Source: Longimicrobiales bacterium (lineage in GTDB: Bacteria > Gemmatimonadota > Gemmatimonadetes > Longimicrobiales > Gaopeijiaceae). From it: a DNA stretch of 64,000 nucleotides. The notes beneath the pieces are model-generated. The model made no database searches. It saw only the letters and a program-made list of their open reading frames with translations, and was not told the DNA's origin. Of the stretch, positions 51,711 through 61,775 are shown in pieces. Location: positions 500,751 through 564,750 of the forward strand of contig JAWLHJ010000002.1 in NCBI GenBank assembly GCA_041690395.1, written 5' to 3'. Position 1 is the stretch's first letter; each line of letters begins with the position of its first letter. The translations under genes and the position numbers were made by a program.

Positions 51711-52229
51711 CTAGGAGGCGCCGCCCCGCGACACGATCCCGGGATTGGCCGACGCTCGCGAGGACGCCACGCGACCGAGCTTTCCCCCGGTGCTCATTGC
51801 CCCGTACCCCAGGAGCACCAACACGACGGCGGAGGTCAGGTACTTCGTGGACTGGAGCGCGCCGCCCGCGACAATCGCCATCTCGGCCTCCGGGCGCATG
51901 CCGCGCATCTGCGCGACGTCGAGGGCGAAGACGCCCGTAAGCAGGAGCAGCCCGAGCGCGCTCAGGATCGCGAGCGCCCCCCCCACGCGGAGAACCCACG
52001 CGCGCTCCTCCCAGTACCCGACGAACAGGGCCAGGACCAGCCCGAGCATCGGTGTGTGGAGATATCCGGGGAACAGCCCGAGCGCCCCGTACCGCCAGTT
52101 GAAGTCACCCGCGCGCGCGGGCATGACGCTCGTCAGGAAGTCGAGCAGTGGCATGGTGACGAGAACGAGCGCGAACAGATAAAGCGCCCGTGTCGCCCAC
52201 GGGGAGACCTGCACGGAGGATTTTGTCAT
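51711..52229 (-). CDS. Hypothetical four-TM membrane protein
   Basis: Four hydrophobic segments; WRYGALG motif. Start at 52229 or 52238. Confidence 0.7.
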   Translation of the reverse strand: MTKSSVQVSPWATRALYLFALVLVTMPLLDFLTSVMPARAGDFNWRYGALGLFPGYLHTPMLGLVLALFVGYWEERAWVLRVGGALAILSALGLLLLTGVFALDVAQMRGMRPEAEMAIVAGGALQSTKYLTSAVVLVLLGYGAMSTGGKLGRVASSRASANPGIVSRGGAS

Positions 52230-52330
52230 GGTGAGCACATGGGAAAAGAAAAGAGCGGAGCGCGCAAGAGCACGCTCCGCTCGCCGGCACCGGTTAAAGG
52301 GGGGTCACCGGTGGCGGGGGGGTCTAACCG

Positions 52331-53065
52331 TCAGGCTTCGACCTGATCCCTTCTCTTTCTTCCCAGCACGGCCAGGAAGAACAGACCAGTCGCCATCAGG
52401 AGGTAGGTCGACGGCTCGGGTACGGTCGCGGTGCGAGTGCGGACGAGCATCTCCTGGCCGGGGTTGGGACCGGTTCCCGTCAGCACGTACCAGCCGTCGG
52501 CCGAGTAGTCCTGCGCGGCGCCGGCGTGCGCAAGCAGGTTAGGCGTCCCGTTCCCTCCATTGTCTACGAAGCTGTCCGACATACCGGACCAGATCATCGC
52601 GTGGATGTCCGTCCAGACCGACTGCCGACTGGAACCCAGATCCTCCCAGGAATCGAAAAGGGACGCGTAGTACGCGGCCTGCCGGTAGCGGTTCAGGCTG
52701 CCCGCCTCGGTTCCGAGCCTGGTGCTCCCGAGGTCCCCGTCGCCCCCCGCATCACCGAGCGAGGTCACGACCACGTTCTGGTCGCCGGCGAAGGCTTCGA
52801 AATCGATGCAGATGATGCTGAAGCTGGGTGCGGTCACACCGCCGAACCGTCCTTCGTAGGGCCCGACGTACACGCGGCCAGAGAACTCATCGCTGGAGAA
52901 CGTACGGGTGGAGGCGGTGTTGGACCCGGCATTCTGGTAGTCGAGGAAGTAGGTCTCCCCGTCATTCAGCACGCCCTGGTAATCATCGATCCACTGCCCC
53001 TGCACGGCCGCCGGAAACAGCGCGAACGCCGCCCAGAGGACGATATGTCTGGTGAACCGCTTCAT
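52331..53065 (-). CDS. PEP-CTERM sorting-domain surface protein
   Basis: Signal peptide; C-terminal VPEPSTYLLMATGLFFLAVLGRKRR; RBS GAGGGGAG before ATG 53065. Confidence 0.92.
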   Translation of the reverse strand: MKRFTRHIVLWAAFALFPAAVQGQWIDDYQGVLNDGETYFLDYQNAGSNTASTRTFSSDEFSGRVYVGPYEGRFGGVTAPSFSIICIDFEAFAGDQNVVVTSLGDAGGDGDLGSTRLGTEAGSLNRYRQAAYYASLFDSWEDLGSSRQSVWTDIHAMIWSGMSDSFVDNGGNGTPNLLAHAGAAQDYSADGWYVLTGTGPNPGQEMLVRTRTATVPEPSTYLLMATGLFFLAVLGRKRRDQVEA

Positions 53066-53114
53066 GCACTCCCCTCGATCTGCGAGATGGTCTGTGACCC
53101 CGCAGAGAGCAGTT

Positions 53115-53129
53115 GCAACCGACGTGCCG
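53115..53129 (-). promoter_or_regulatory. sigma54 promoter of the PEP-CTERM gene
   Basis: Minus strand CGGCACGTCGGTTGC, 50 nt upstream of the start. Confidence 0.78.
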
Positions 53130-53346
53130 GCCGGGTGGTCATCTGTGGACAACTGCCTAGGCCCCGCCATTGCTGGCTTTCGGGGCCTTCTCCGCGAGCG
53201 GCCGACCACCTGGGGACCGTGGCATCGTTGCAACAATCCAACACTTCGGGGGTGTGGCCACCACACCTCTCGGACCATGGAACCCGATGACGCCCTGCGG
53301 GCTAGAACGCTCGACACGAACCACACGAAGGAAGGAGCACCGTCCG

Positions 53347-53592
53347 ATGCCCTACTACGAGTACCACTGCCCGGCGAACGGCCGGACCGTCGAGATCCGC
53401 CACGGCATGAGCGAACGGATCGAGAACTGGGGCACGCTCGCCGAGCGCGCCGGGATCGACCTGTCCGGAGCACCCGCGGACACCCCGGTCGAGCGGCTGA
53501 TGAGCGCGCCCGTTCCCCTGGCCGCCGATTCCGGGACCGCCGCGGGCTTCGGCGGGTGCGGATCCGGTTGTGCCTGCGCCCCCCGAGCCTGA
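53347..53592 (+). CDS. FmdB-like zinc-ribbon protein
   Basis: MPYYEYHCPANG...VERLMSAP...GGCGSGCAC; RBS AAGGAG. Confidence 0.82.
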   Translation: MPYYEYHCPANGRTVEIRHGMSERIENWGTLAERAGIDLSGAPADTPVERLMSAPVPLAADSGTAAGFGGCGSGCACAPRA

Positions 53593-53602
53593 GCGGCGAG
53601 TC

Positions 53603-53899
53603 ATGTCACGCCTCACCTCCAAGCAACGCGCCGAGCTACGTCGTCACGCCCATCCTCTGAAACCGGTCGTCATCGTCGGGAACGACGGTGTGACCGACGC
53701 GGTGGTCCAGTCGGTCCGTGAGGCGTTCAACACCCGTGAGCTCCTCAAGGTGAAGGCGCTGGAATCGGCTCCGGCCCCCATCCGCGAGATCGCGAACGCG
53801 ATCGCGGCCGGCCTCGGCGACGCGGAGACCGTGCAGACGATCGGCCGGACGGCGGTGCTCTACAGGCCCGACCCGGACGAACCGGTACTGCTGCGGTAG
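53603..53899 (+). CDS. yhbY: YhbY/CRM-domain RNA-binding protein
   Basis: LTSKQRAELRRHAHPLKPVVIVG, ELLKVK, VQTIGRTAVLYR. Confidence 0.92.
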   Translation: MSRLTSKQRAELRRHAHPLKPVVIVGNDGVTDAVVQSVREAFNTRELLKVKALESAPAPIREIANAIAAGLGDAETVQTIGRTAVLYRPDPDEPVLLR

Positions 53900-53909
53900 C
53901 GGTGCCCTG

Positions 53910-55247
53910 TCAGGGCACGCGCTCGAGCACGGTGTCGTAGGTTCCCGCGGCGATCGCGACCGCGACTTCCTCCATCAGGGCCGACTCGATACGAGCGGTC
54001 TGCTCGCCGAGGAAACGGGGGTCGAACAGCGCGGCCTCCTCCTCGGACAGCTCGAGCCGCTCGTGGTTGCCATCGAACTCGCCGCGCCGGAACGGGCCGC
54101 CGGCCCGTCCCTCCGCACGGAACCGCGTGACCTCGCGGCCGTCGTGGTCGACCAGGACGACGTCGGCCAGCAGCCGATACGCGAGCGTCCCTTCCACCAC
54201 GTCGTACTGGGCGGGCCGCGGCTCCCGGCTCGGTCCGGTCGATCCGTCCCTCAGGCGGGAGGCGCGAGTCGTGCGCTCCACGTCCTCCTCCACGACCTCG
54301 ATCTCGGTGAGCTCGACCATGGCGGCCAGATCGGCCCCGACGAGCTGAAGCACCCGGCCCACCAGGAGCGGTGTCTGGGGAACGCCCCGGAGGAGTCCCC
54401 GCAGCTCGCGCCGCATGGCCGTATGATCGGCCATTCTCACGAACGGTGGCGGGTTCGTCCAATGGTCGAGCACGAGGTCTTCGTCGAGCCCGATCTCGAA
54501 CTCGGGCCCCAGGTAGTCACGGACGCCGCCGCTCGCGACGACCGGAGGCACCGCGACCACGACCGTTCCCCGCTCCAACGCGACACCCTGTAGGTCACGG
54601 GCCGTCAGCACGACGTCGCGGGCCGTCGACGGACGCACCTGCATGGCCTGGTCGGCCAGCTCGAACGCGGTCCGGGGCCGCCCGTCCTCCAACTCGACCT
54701 CGGCCCACGAGAGCAGGAGATCGGTCTCCGCGTCGAGCGACGTCTCGGTCTGGCTGCGTGACGGCGAGAAGTCGCTGCGGGCATCGATGAACGCCCGCCG
54801 CGCCTCGGCCCAGCGGCCGTCGTCCCGCGCTTCGTACCCGTACCTCATCCGCCACTCGATGGCACGGTCGAAGAGCGCCCGGCGCTCCTCTTCGTAACCG
54901 ACATGGGGCGACAAGCGCTCACCCGCGGACCGGACCCGAGCGAGCATACGGTCGATGTCCTGGTAGCGCTGGGCGGCCTGCACCGGCTCGCCACGTGCCT
55001 CGAGCCGGTCGGCTTCGGTCAGGGCCATCCCCATCGCCGTGTCGGCGGCCGCGACGAGGCGCTCCCGTGCCTCGGTCAACGAGCCGTCACGCTCGACCGC
55101 GTCGGCGTACCGATAGACGGCATCCATGTACTGGCCCCGGTTCTGGAGCTGGACGCCCTCCTCGAGTCGATCTTCGGCCGACACGCAGCCGAGCGCGGAA
55201 AGCGCCGCAAGACCGAGGAACACCGAAAGCTTACGCTTGAAACCCAT
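53910..55247 (-). CDS. Hypothetical lipoprotein with TPR-like helices
   Basis: MGFKRK...SALGC lipobox; helical repeats followed by an alpha/beta region. Confidence 0.7.
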   Translation of the reverse strand: MGFKRKLSVFLGLAALSALGCVSAEDRLEEGVQLQNRGQYMDAVYRYADAVERDGSLTEARERLVAAADTAMGMALTEADRLEARGEPVQAAQRYQDIDRMLARVRSAGERLSPHVGYEEERRALFDRAIEWRMRYGYEARDDGRWAEARRAFIDARSDFSPSRSQTETSLDAETDLLLSWAEVELEDGRPRTAFELADQAMQVRPSTARDVVLTARDLQGVALERGTVVVAVPPVVASGGVRDYLGPEFEIGLDEDLVLDHWTNPPPFVRMADHTAMRRELRGLLRGVPQTPLLVGRVLQLVGADLAAMVELTEIEVVEEDVERTTRASRLRDGSTGPSREPRPAQYDVVEGTLAYRLLADVVLVDHDGREVTRFRAEGRAGGPFRRGEFDGNHERLELSEEEAALFDPRFLGEQTARIESALMEEVAVAIAAGTYDTVLERVP

Positions 55248-55339
55248 GTCGACCCCTCGAACGGTGATCTTCCCCCCGACCTCCCAAAATACGCCGGGGA
55301 GCGGCACGAGTCACAGACTTTTTTCCGGACCGGAGCAGC

Positions 55340-55966
55340 CTATCTGTCCCTGCCGGCCCGCCGGGAGGAGTCGACGGCCGCGCGCAGGCACCGCTCTTCC
55401 AGCTTCTCGGTATCGGAGAGCGCGTCGGGGGAACCACCTTCACGCACCCAGTCCCTGACTTCCGCGGCTCGCTCGTCGAAGCCCAGTCCGTCCAGCGCGT
55501 CCGCCACGGCGTCCACGAACTCCAGCTGGGGAGAGTAGCGGGCCATCTCCAGGATCTGCCCGGCGGCCCGCGCGTCCTCGCCGATCTCGTGCGCCGCCTC
55601 AACGTAGTCCCGGAGGTGCAGCAGCGCGGTCGCCTTGTGACGCGCAGCGAGGTCGAGCCAGGTCAGCGTGCAGAGCGTGCGTACCGCCTTCGGGTGCACG
55701 CGGATGATCTTGTTCGCCACACCACGCGCGGCCTCCCGCTGCTGATCTTCCAGGAAGGCGTCGATCGCGCGGCCGTAGAACTCGACCGCCTGAGCCCGCC
55801 GACCCGCCCTGAGCGCCAGGTCCCCCGCTTTGTTCAGCGGGGTACCCTGGTACCCGGGACGGGCGCGCGCGGCTTCCTCCTCGAGGGCCCGAAGGCGGCC
55901 TTCGAGGTCCGACGGGCCATCGCTCGAGCCGGACTTCGATCCGAAGAGGCGTGAGAGTAGCGACAT
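55340..55966 (-). CDS. Hypothetical TPR-like protein
   Basis: 208 aa, helical (LNKAGDLAL...AVEFYGRAIDAF); N-terminal MSLLSRLFG. Confidence 0.7.
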   Translation of the reverse strand: MSLLSRLFGSKSGSSDGPSDLEGRLRALEEEAARARPGYQGTPLNKAGDLALRAGRRAQAVEFYGRAIDAFLEDQQREAARGVANKIIRVHPKAVRTLCTLTWLDLAARHKATALLHLRDYVEAAHEIGEDARAAGQILEMARYSPQLEFVDAVADALDGLGFDERAAEVRDWVREGGSPDALSDTEKLEERCLRAAVDSSRRAGRDR

Positions 55967-55999
55967 GGGGGGAAGACTACGAGACTCGTCGCGCCGTGA

Positions 56000-56704
56000 C
56001 TACTCGACGATGCCCAGAAGCTCGATGTCGAAGACGAGCACCGAGTTCGGCCCGATGATCGGGCCGGACCCCTGCGGCCCGTACGCGAGGTCGGACGGAA
56101 TCCAGATTCGGTACTGGCTCCCGACCGGCATGAGCTGCAGCGCCTCGGAGAAGCCGGGGATGACCGCCCCGACCCCGAAGACGGCAGGATCGCCGCCCCT
56201 CGAGCTGTCGAACTCCGTGCCGTCGATGAGCGTGCCGGTGTAGTGGACCTCGACCTGGTCGCCGGCGGCCGGAGTCGGACCCTCGCCCTCGGACAGCACC
56301 TCGTATTGGAGACCGCTCTCGGTCGTCACGACGTCGTCCCGCTCGGCGTTCTCGGCGAGGAACGCCACGCCGGCCTCGGAGTTCTCGGTGGCGGCCTGCT
56401 CACGCGCGGCGGCGGCGGCGGCCTGGATCTCCTGGGCGAACGCCTCGAGCGCCGGCTGGATCTCGGCCCGGTCGATCGCGGGCTCGCTTCCCTGCAGGGC
56501 GTCTTCGACGCCGCGCATGAACGCCATCCGATCCAGACGGTCGCGTGAATCGGCGAGCTGGCTTCCGACGTTCAGGCCGATGCCGTAGCTGGCCTTCTGA
56601 TCGTCGGAATCGAGGGCGGCGGATTCGAAGGATGCCGAGCCGTTCGAGCAGGCGGCAGCCGTGACGGTCAGGGCCATCAGCCCCGTGAGGAGACGAGCGT
56701 TCAT
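56000..56704 (-). CDS. fkpA: FKBP-type peptidyl-prolyl isomerase (FkpA/Mip-like, lipoprotein)
   Basis: ASYGIG, TESGLQYEVL, VHYTGTLIDGTEFDSS, IPSDLAYG. Confidence 0.93.
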   Translation of the reverse strand: MNARLLTGLMALTVTAAACSNGSASFESAALDSDDQKASYGIGLNVGSQLADSRDRLDRMAFMRGVEDALQGSEPAIDRAEIQPALEAFAQEIQAAAAAAREQAATENSEAGVAFLAENAERDDVVTTESGLQYEVLSEGEGPTPAAGDQVEVHYTGTLIDGTEFDSSRGGDPAVFGVGAVIPGFSEALQLMPVGSQYRIWIPSDLAYGPQGSGPIIGPNSVLVFDIELLGIVE

Positions 56705-56927
56705 AGGTCCTTTGTCCTGAAAGATGAGGAATCACGAAGCTAACGCGTCGGGCGCCGGGACCCAACGGCATCGCGCGCCTGGCCCTGCATGCCACTGCCT
56801 GGGGCATTCGGCCACACCATACTAGCTTCCTCCCGACGATCGCTTGAATCCGACGGGCGACTTCGGTGTATTCGTCCGTGTCCCTACCCGTATTACTGCC
56901 CGATCAGTAACCGACTTCGGAGTCGCC

Positions 56928-57905
56928 GTGAGCGCACCTTCGACCCAACTCAGCCCCGCGGAGCGCCTGAGCGGGATCCTTCCCGACGTGGAGATCGCCG
57001 CGCTGGAGCCGCTCCTCGCGGAGATCGAAGAGCTCAAGCGCCGGCGGAACGCCGTGGTGCTGGCCCACAACTACATGACGCCGGACATCTTCCACGGAGT
57101 CGCGGACTTCAAGGGAGATTCCCTGGCGCTCGCCCGTATGGCGACAGAGACGGACGCCGAGGTCATCGTGATGGCCGGCGTCCACTTCATGGCCGAGACG
57201 GCGAAGATCGTCAACGAGCAGAAGACGGTCCTGATCCCCGACATGCGCGCGGGATGCTCGCTCGCCGAAGGGATCACCGGCGCCGACGTGCGCCTGTTGC
57301 GGGAGCGCTACCCCGGCGTGCCGGTCGTGACGTACGTGAACACGTCGGCCGAGGTGAAGGCCGAGTCGGACATCTGTTGCACCTCCGGCAACGCGGTCCA
57401 GGTCGTGGAGTCCCTCGGGGTACCGAAGGTGATCTTCCTCCCGGACCAGTACCTCGGCCGGTGGGTGGCGACCCAGACGGACGTCGAGATCGTGCTGTGG
57501 AACGGCTCCTGCGAGGTCCACGAGCGCTTCACCGGCGAGGAGCTCCGGGCGTACCGCTCACAGCACCCCGGCATCCAGATCATCGCGCACCCCGAATGCC
57601 CGCCCGACGTGCTGGACGAGGCGGACTTCGTCGGCTCGACCGCGCGCATGATCGATTGGGTCCATACCGAGCGCCCCCGCCAGGTCGTGATGGTCACCGA
57701 GTGCTCCATGAGCGACAACGTGGCCGCGGAGTCGCCGGAGACGGAGTTCATCCGACCGTGCAACATGTGTCCGCACATGAAGCGCATCACGCTCGAGGGC
57801 ATCCGTGACAGCCTCCGTGACATGAAGAACGAGGTGATCGTCCCCGCCGACGTCGCCGCCCGCGCCCGAGTGGCCGTCGAGCGGATGCTGGAGGTGCGGG
57901 TCTGA
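56928..57905 (+). CDS. nadA: Quinolinate synthase
   Basis: LAHNYM, GDSL, GVHFMAE, AGCSLA, YVNTSA, SCEVH, AHPEC, CPHMK. GTG start at 56928 after GGAG. Confidence 0.95.
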   Translation: MSAPSTQLSPAERLSGILPDVEIAALEPLLAEIEELKRRRNAVVLAHNYMTPDIFHGVADFKGDSLALARMATETDAEVIVMAGVHFMAETAKIVNEQKTVLIPDMRAGCSLAEGITGADVRLLRERYPGVPVVTYVNTSAEVKAESDICCTSGNAVQVVESLGVPKVIFLPDQYLGRWVATQTDVEIVLWNGSCEVHERFTGEELRAYRSQHPGIQIIAHPECPPDVLDEADFVGSTARMIDWVHTERPRQVVMVTECSMSDNVAAESPETEFIRPCNMCPHMKRITLEGIRDSLRDMKNEVIVPADVAARARVAVERMLEVRV

Positions 57906-57919
57906 AGGGCGCCCGGCCG

Positions 57920-58753
57920 ATGCCGGGGGAGATCGATGCCTTCCTCCGCGCGGCCCTCCAGGAGGATCTCGGTGAGGCGGGCGACGTCACCTCGGCAGCC
58001 ACCATTCCGGACGACGCGCTGGCGACCGCCCACCTGGTGGCCCGGGAGCCGGGGTGTGTCGCAGGGCTCGCGGTGGCGCTCCGGACCTTCCAGCTCCTCG
58101 ACGAAACCGTTCGCGTCCGATCGCAGGCAGCCGACGGAGACCGGGTCCGGGCGGGCGCAGTCCTCGCCGAGGTGAGCGGCCCGGCCCGCGCTCTGCTCTC
58201 TGCCGAGCGGGTGGCTCTCAATCTCCTCGGTCAACTCTCAGGTGTCGCCACCGCGACGGCCGCGCTCGTCGACGCCGTCTCGGGCACCTCCGCCCGCATC
58301 GTCGACACACGCAAGACCGTTCCGGGCCTCCGCGCTCTGCAGAAGGCCGCGGTTCGCGCGGGCGGAGGCGGGAACCACCGGATGGGCCTCCACGACGCCG
58401 TCCTGATCAAGGACAACCACATCGCAGCCGTGGGCTCCCCGGCCGAAGCCGTGCGTCGGGCCCGTGCGCACGTGGGCGCCGACTTCCGGGTCGAGGTCGA
58501 GATCGAATCGTTGGACGACCTCGAAGCGGTCATCGAAGCCGGGGCGGACATCGTCATGCTCGACAACATGCCGCCCGAGACCATGCGCACGGCGGTGGAG
58601 CAAGCGCGCGGTCGGTGCCTCCTGGAGGCGTCGGGTGGCATCACGCTCGACACCGTGCGAGCCGTGGCGGAGACCGGCGTGGACTGGATCTCCGTGGGAT
58701 GGCTGACGCACTCGGCTCCCTCCCTCGACGTGGCCCTCGACTTCGTCGGGTGA
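57920..58753 (+). CDS. nadC: Nicotinate-nucleotide diphosphorylase (carboxylating)
   Basis: GDVTS, ERVALN, DTRKTVPGLR, NHRMGL, IKDNH, MLDNM, EASGGI. Confidence 0.96.
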   Translation: MPGEIDAFLRAALQEDLGEAGDVTSAATIPDDALATAHLVAREPGCVAGLAVALRTFQLLDETVRVRSQAADGDRVRAGAVLAEVSGPARALLSAERVALNLLGQLSGVATATAALVDAVSGTSARIVDTRKTVPGLRALQKAAVRAGGGGNHRMGLHDAVLIKDNHIAAVGSPAEAVRRARAHVGADFRVEVEIESLDDLEAVIEAGADIVMLDNMPPETMRTAVEQARGRCLLEASGGITLDTVRAVAETGVDWISVGWLTHSAPSLDVALDFVG

Positions 58754-58919
58754 CACCGTGCGGGGCCCCCGTCACAGGCTCGTGACCTTCTCGGGATCCG
58801 GCTGAGACGCTTCCGTCGTCGGGCCGATCCCTCTCCGACTCAGCTTCCCTTACGGCGTCGTGGAAAGCCGCGGCGCCGCATCCGACGTGGATCAACGTCA
58901 AGACAAGGGATAGCAGATC

Positions 58920-61682
58920 ATGGTCTCAAGGACCTTCCGGGCGATGGCGATGACGCTCGTGCTCATCGCCGCCGCCGTCGTAGGATCGCCTCAGAGCGCC
59001 ACCGCGCAGACCGGTACGGTGACGGGCGTCGTCATCGACCGGGGCACCGGCCTCACGCTCGCGGGCGTAGCGGTGCGCGTGGAATCGCTCGACCGCGCCG
59101 TCTACTCCAACTCCGCCGGTCGCTTCAACCTCCTGGCTCTACCGCCGGGTCGGCACACGCTCACCACGGACTACCTGGGATACACGTCCGACGCGACCAC
59201 GGTCGACGTCTCGGCGGGCGAGGTGGTCTCCGTGGAGATCGAGATGCGCACGGCCGCCCTCGAGCTCGAGGGGGTCACCATCGTCGGGCAACGGCGCGGA
59301 CAGGCCGCCGCGCTGAACCAGCAGCTCAACGCATCGACCATCACGAACGTGGTGGCCGCCGACCAGATCGGACGTTTCCCGGACGCGAACATCGGCGACG
59401 CCATGAAGCGCATCCCCGGTATCGTCGTCATGCAGGACCAGGGCGAGGCCCGTTTCGGGCTCATCCGCGGCACCGAGCCGCGCCTCAACTCGATCACGAT
59501 CAACGGTGAGCGGATCCCGTCCGCCGAGGCGGAAGCCCGTGAAGTCCAGCTCGACTTGATCCCCTCCGACATGGTGTCGGCGGTCGAAGTGACCAAAGCA
59601 CTCACGCCGGACATGGACGCCGACGCGATCGGCGGGTCGGTCAACATCGTGACGCGAAGCGCGCCGGCGAGTCGGAGGCTGTCCGCGACCGTGGGAAGCG
59701 GATACAACTTCCTCGCGGACGAGCCGATGGGGATCTTCTCCGGCGTTTACGCCCAGCGCTTCGCCGAGGACCGATTCGGTCTGGTGGTGAGCGGCTCCTA
59801 CTTCAACCACAAGCTCGGCTCGGACAACATCGAGGCGGAGTGGTCGGAAGGTAGCGCCGGCGCGTATGCCGAAGAGTTCCAGATCCGGGAATACCAACTC
59901 CAGCGCATTCGCCGGAGCGTCTCGGGATCCCTGGACTGGCGCTTGAACGATGCGAACACGCTCACGTGGCGGTCCATGTACAACCACCGCGACGACTGGG
60001 AGAACCGCTTCCGTCTGGTCTTCAAGATGGACGAGCCCGACCCGTCGGGTAACACCGTCGCCGAGCTGGAGCGTGAGACCAAGGCGGGCATCGGGAACGA
60101 CCGTGTCGACAACCGCCGCCTCGAGGACCAGCGTACACAGAGCCACAGCCTGTCCGGCGACCACCTCTTCGGACGCGTCTCGGTCAACTGGCAGACCCAG
60201 TGGGCCCAGGCCTCCGAGGAGCGGCCGAACGAGCGGTACATCATGTTCCTCGCCGAGGACGTGCCGGTCCTGACGGACATCTCCGATCCTTCGAGGCCCC
60301 GCTTCACCCCCCAGGGTCCCGCCGCGAGCGACCTGTCGGCGTTCGAGCTGGACGAGCTGACGGAGGAGAACCAGTACACCCGGGACCGCGACATGAACGC
60401 CCGACTCGACATCACGGTCCCCTGGTCCGAGAGCCGGACCGAGCTTCAGCTCGGTGGACGCCTCCGTGACAAGTCGAAGTTGCGGGACAACGATTTCTTC
60501 GAGTTCGACGCGAACGGTATCAGCACGCTCGCCGGCGTCGCTCAGGAGGACATCACGAACCCCGACTTCCTGCCGGGCGACTACGAGGCCGGCCGCTTCG
60601 CCGACCGCCGCTATCTGGGCGCATTGGATTTCAACGACGCCAGCCAGTTCGAACGCGAGCTCGCGCTCGGCGAGTTCGTCGCCGACAACTTCGAGGCGGA
60701 CGAGCGGATCTTCGGCGGGTATGCCATGCTCACGCGTCGTCTCGGTCAGGGCACCACCATCATCGCGGGTGCCCGGGTGGAGCACACGGACGTCGACTAC
60801 ATCGGCAACGAGTTCATCGACGACACCGAGACCTTCCAGCCCACGACGGGTGGAACGAGCTACACGAACGTCTTCCCTTCCCTCACCGTCCGTCATCAGC
60901 TGGACTCGCGTAGCAACCTGCGCGCGGCATGGACCAACACCATCGCCCGGCCCAACTACTACGACCTGGTCCCGTACCGGGTGGTCAACCAGGCCGACAG
61001 CGAGCTCGCTGTCGGCAACCCCGACCTGGAGCCGACGACGTCGATGAACTTCGACCTCATGTACGAGCGGTTCTTCACGTCCGTTGGGTTGGTCAGCGCC
61101 GGTGCCTTCGTGAAGGACATCGACGACTTCATCTTCGAGTACACGCTCAACGACGCCGTCGACCCCGTGTCGGGACAGACCTTCGACGAGCTTTCGCGGC
61201 CCCAGAACGGCGCCGGAGCCACCCTCTTCGGCTTCGAGATCGCGTTCCAGCGCAATCTCCCGGCGGGCTTCGGGTTGTACGCCAACTACACGTTCACGGA
61301 GTCGAGCGTGGACGGACTTCCCATCCCGGGGCGTGAGAACGAAGACCTACCGCTTCCCGGCGCAGCGAAGCACAGCGGCAACGCCTCGTTGTCCTACGAC
61401 GACGAGCGGTTCTCCTTCCGGACCTCGGTCAACCTCCAGGACGACTTCATCGATCCCGGTGAGATCGGAGAGTCCGCTTTCTACGATCGGTGGTACGACC
61501 GTGCCGTGACGGTGGACATGAACGGTACGATCCGCGTCTCGCAGTCGGCCCGCTTCTTCGTCGAAGTGAACAACCTCACGGACCAGCCGCTCCGCTACTA
61601 CCAGGGGGTGAGCTCGCGGCTCATGCAGGAAGAGTTCTACGACCGCCGCATCCAGACGGGGTTCAAGCTCGACCTCCAGTAG
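58920..61682 (+). CDS. TonB-dependent receptor with an N-terminal carboxypeptidase-regulatory-like domain
   Basis: Signal peptide; IGRFPDANIGDAMKRIPG plug, DADAIGGSVN, GNPDLEP, NNLTD, terminal beta-strand. Confidence 0.93.
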   Translation: MVSRTFRAMAMTLVLIAAAVVGSPQSATAQTGTVTGVVIDRGTGLTLAGVAVRVESLDRAVYSNSAGRFNLLALPPGRHTLTTDYLGYTSDATTVDVSAGEVVSVEIEMRTAALELEGVTIVGQRRGQAAALNQQLNASTITNVVAADQIGRFPDANIGDAMKRIPGIVVMQDQGEARFGLIRGTEPRLNSITINGERIPSAEAEAREVQLDLIPSDMVSAVEVTKALTPDMDADAIGGSVNIVTRSAPASRRLSATVGSGYNFLADEPMGIFSGVYAQRFAEDRFGLVVSGSYFNHKLGSDNIEAEWSEGSAGAYAEEFQIREYQLQRIRRSVSGSLDWRLNDANTLTWRSMYNHRDDWENRFRLVFKMDEPDPSGNTVAELERETKAGIGNDRVDNRRLEDQRTQSHSLSGDHLFGRVSVNWQTQWAQASEERPNERYIMFLAEDVPVLTDISDPSRPRFTPQGPAASDLSAFELDELTEENQYTRDRDMNARLDITVPWSESRTELQLGGRLRDKSKLRDNDFFEFDANGISTLAGVAQEDITNPDFLPGDYEAGRFADRRYLGALDFNDASQFERELALGEFVADNFEADERIFGGYAMLTRRLGQGTTIIAGARVEHTDVDYIGNEFIDDTETFQPTTGGTSYTNVFPSLTVRHQLDSRSNLRAAWTNTIARPNYYDLVPYRVVNQADSELAVGNPDLEPTTSMNFDLMYERFFTSVGLVSAGAFVKDIDDFIFEYTLNDAVDPVSGQTFDELSRPQNGAGATLFGFEIAFQRNLPAGFGLYANYTFTESSVDGLPIPGRENEDLPLPGAAKHSGNASLSYDDERFSFRTSVNLQDDFIDPGEIGESAFYDRWYDRAVTVDMNGTIRVSQSARFFVEVNNLTDQPLRYYQGVSSRLMQEEFYDRRIQTGFKLDLQ

Positions 61683-61775
61683 AACGAACAGGTTCCGGGC
61701 GGGGTGGCCTCGATGGCGCCCCGCCCGGACTCCATCCCGGGGTCAGCCCATGGAGTCCCCGGTCCGCGACGACAC

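Noticed and set aside
58790..58880. TPP riboswitch suggested by GGCTGAGA
   Set aside because: The downstream conserved CCTGA...TAATGC...AGGGA elements are missing.
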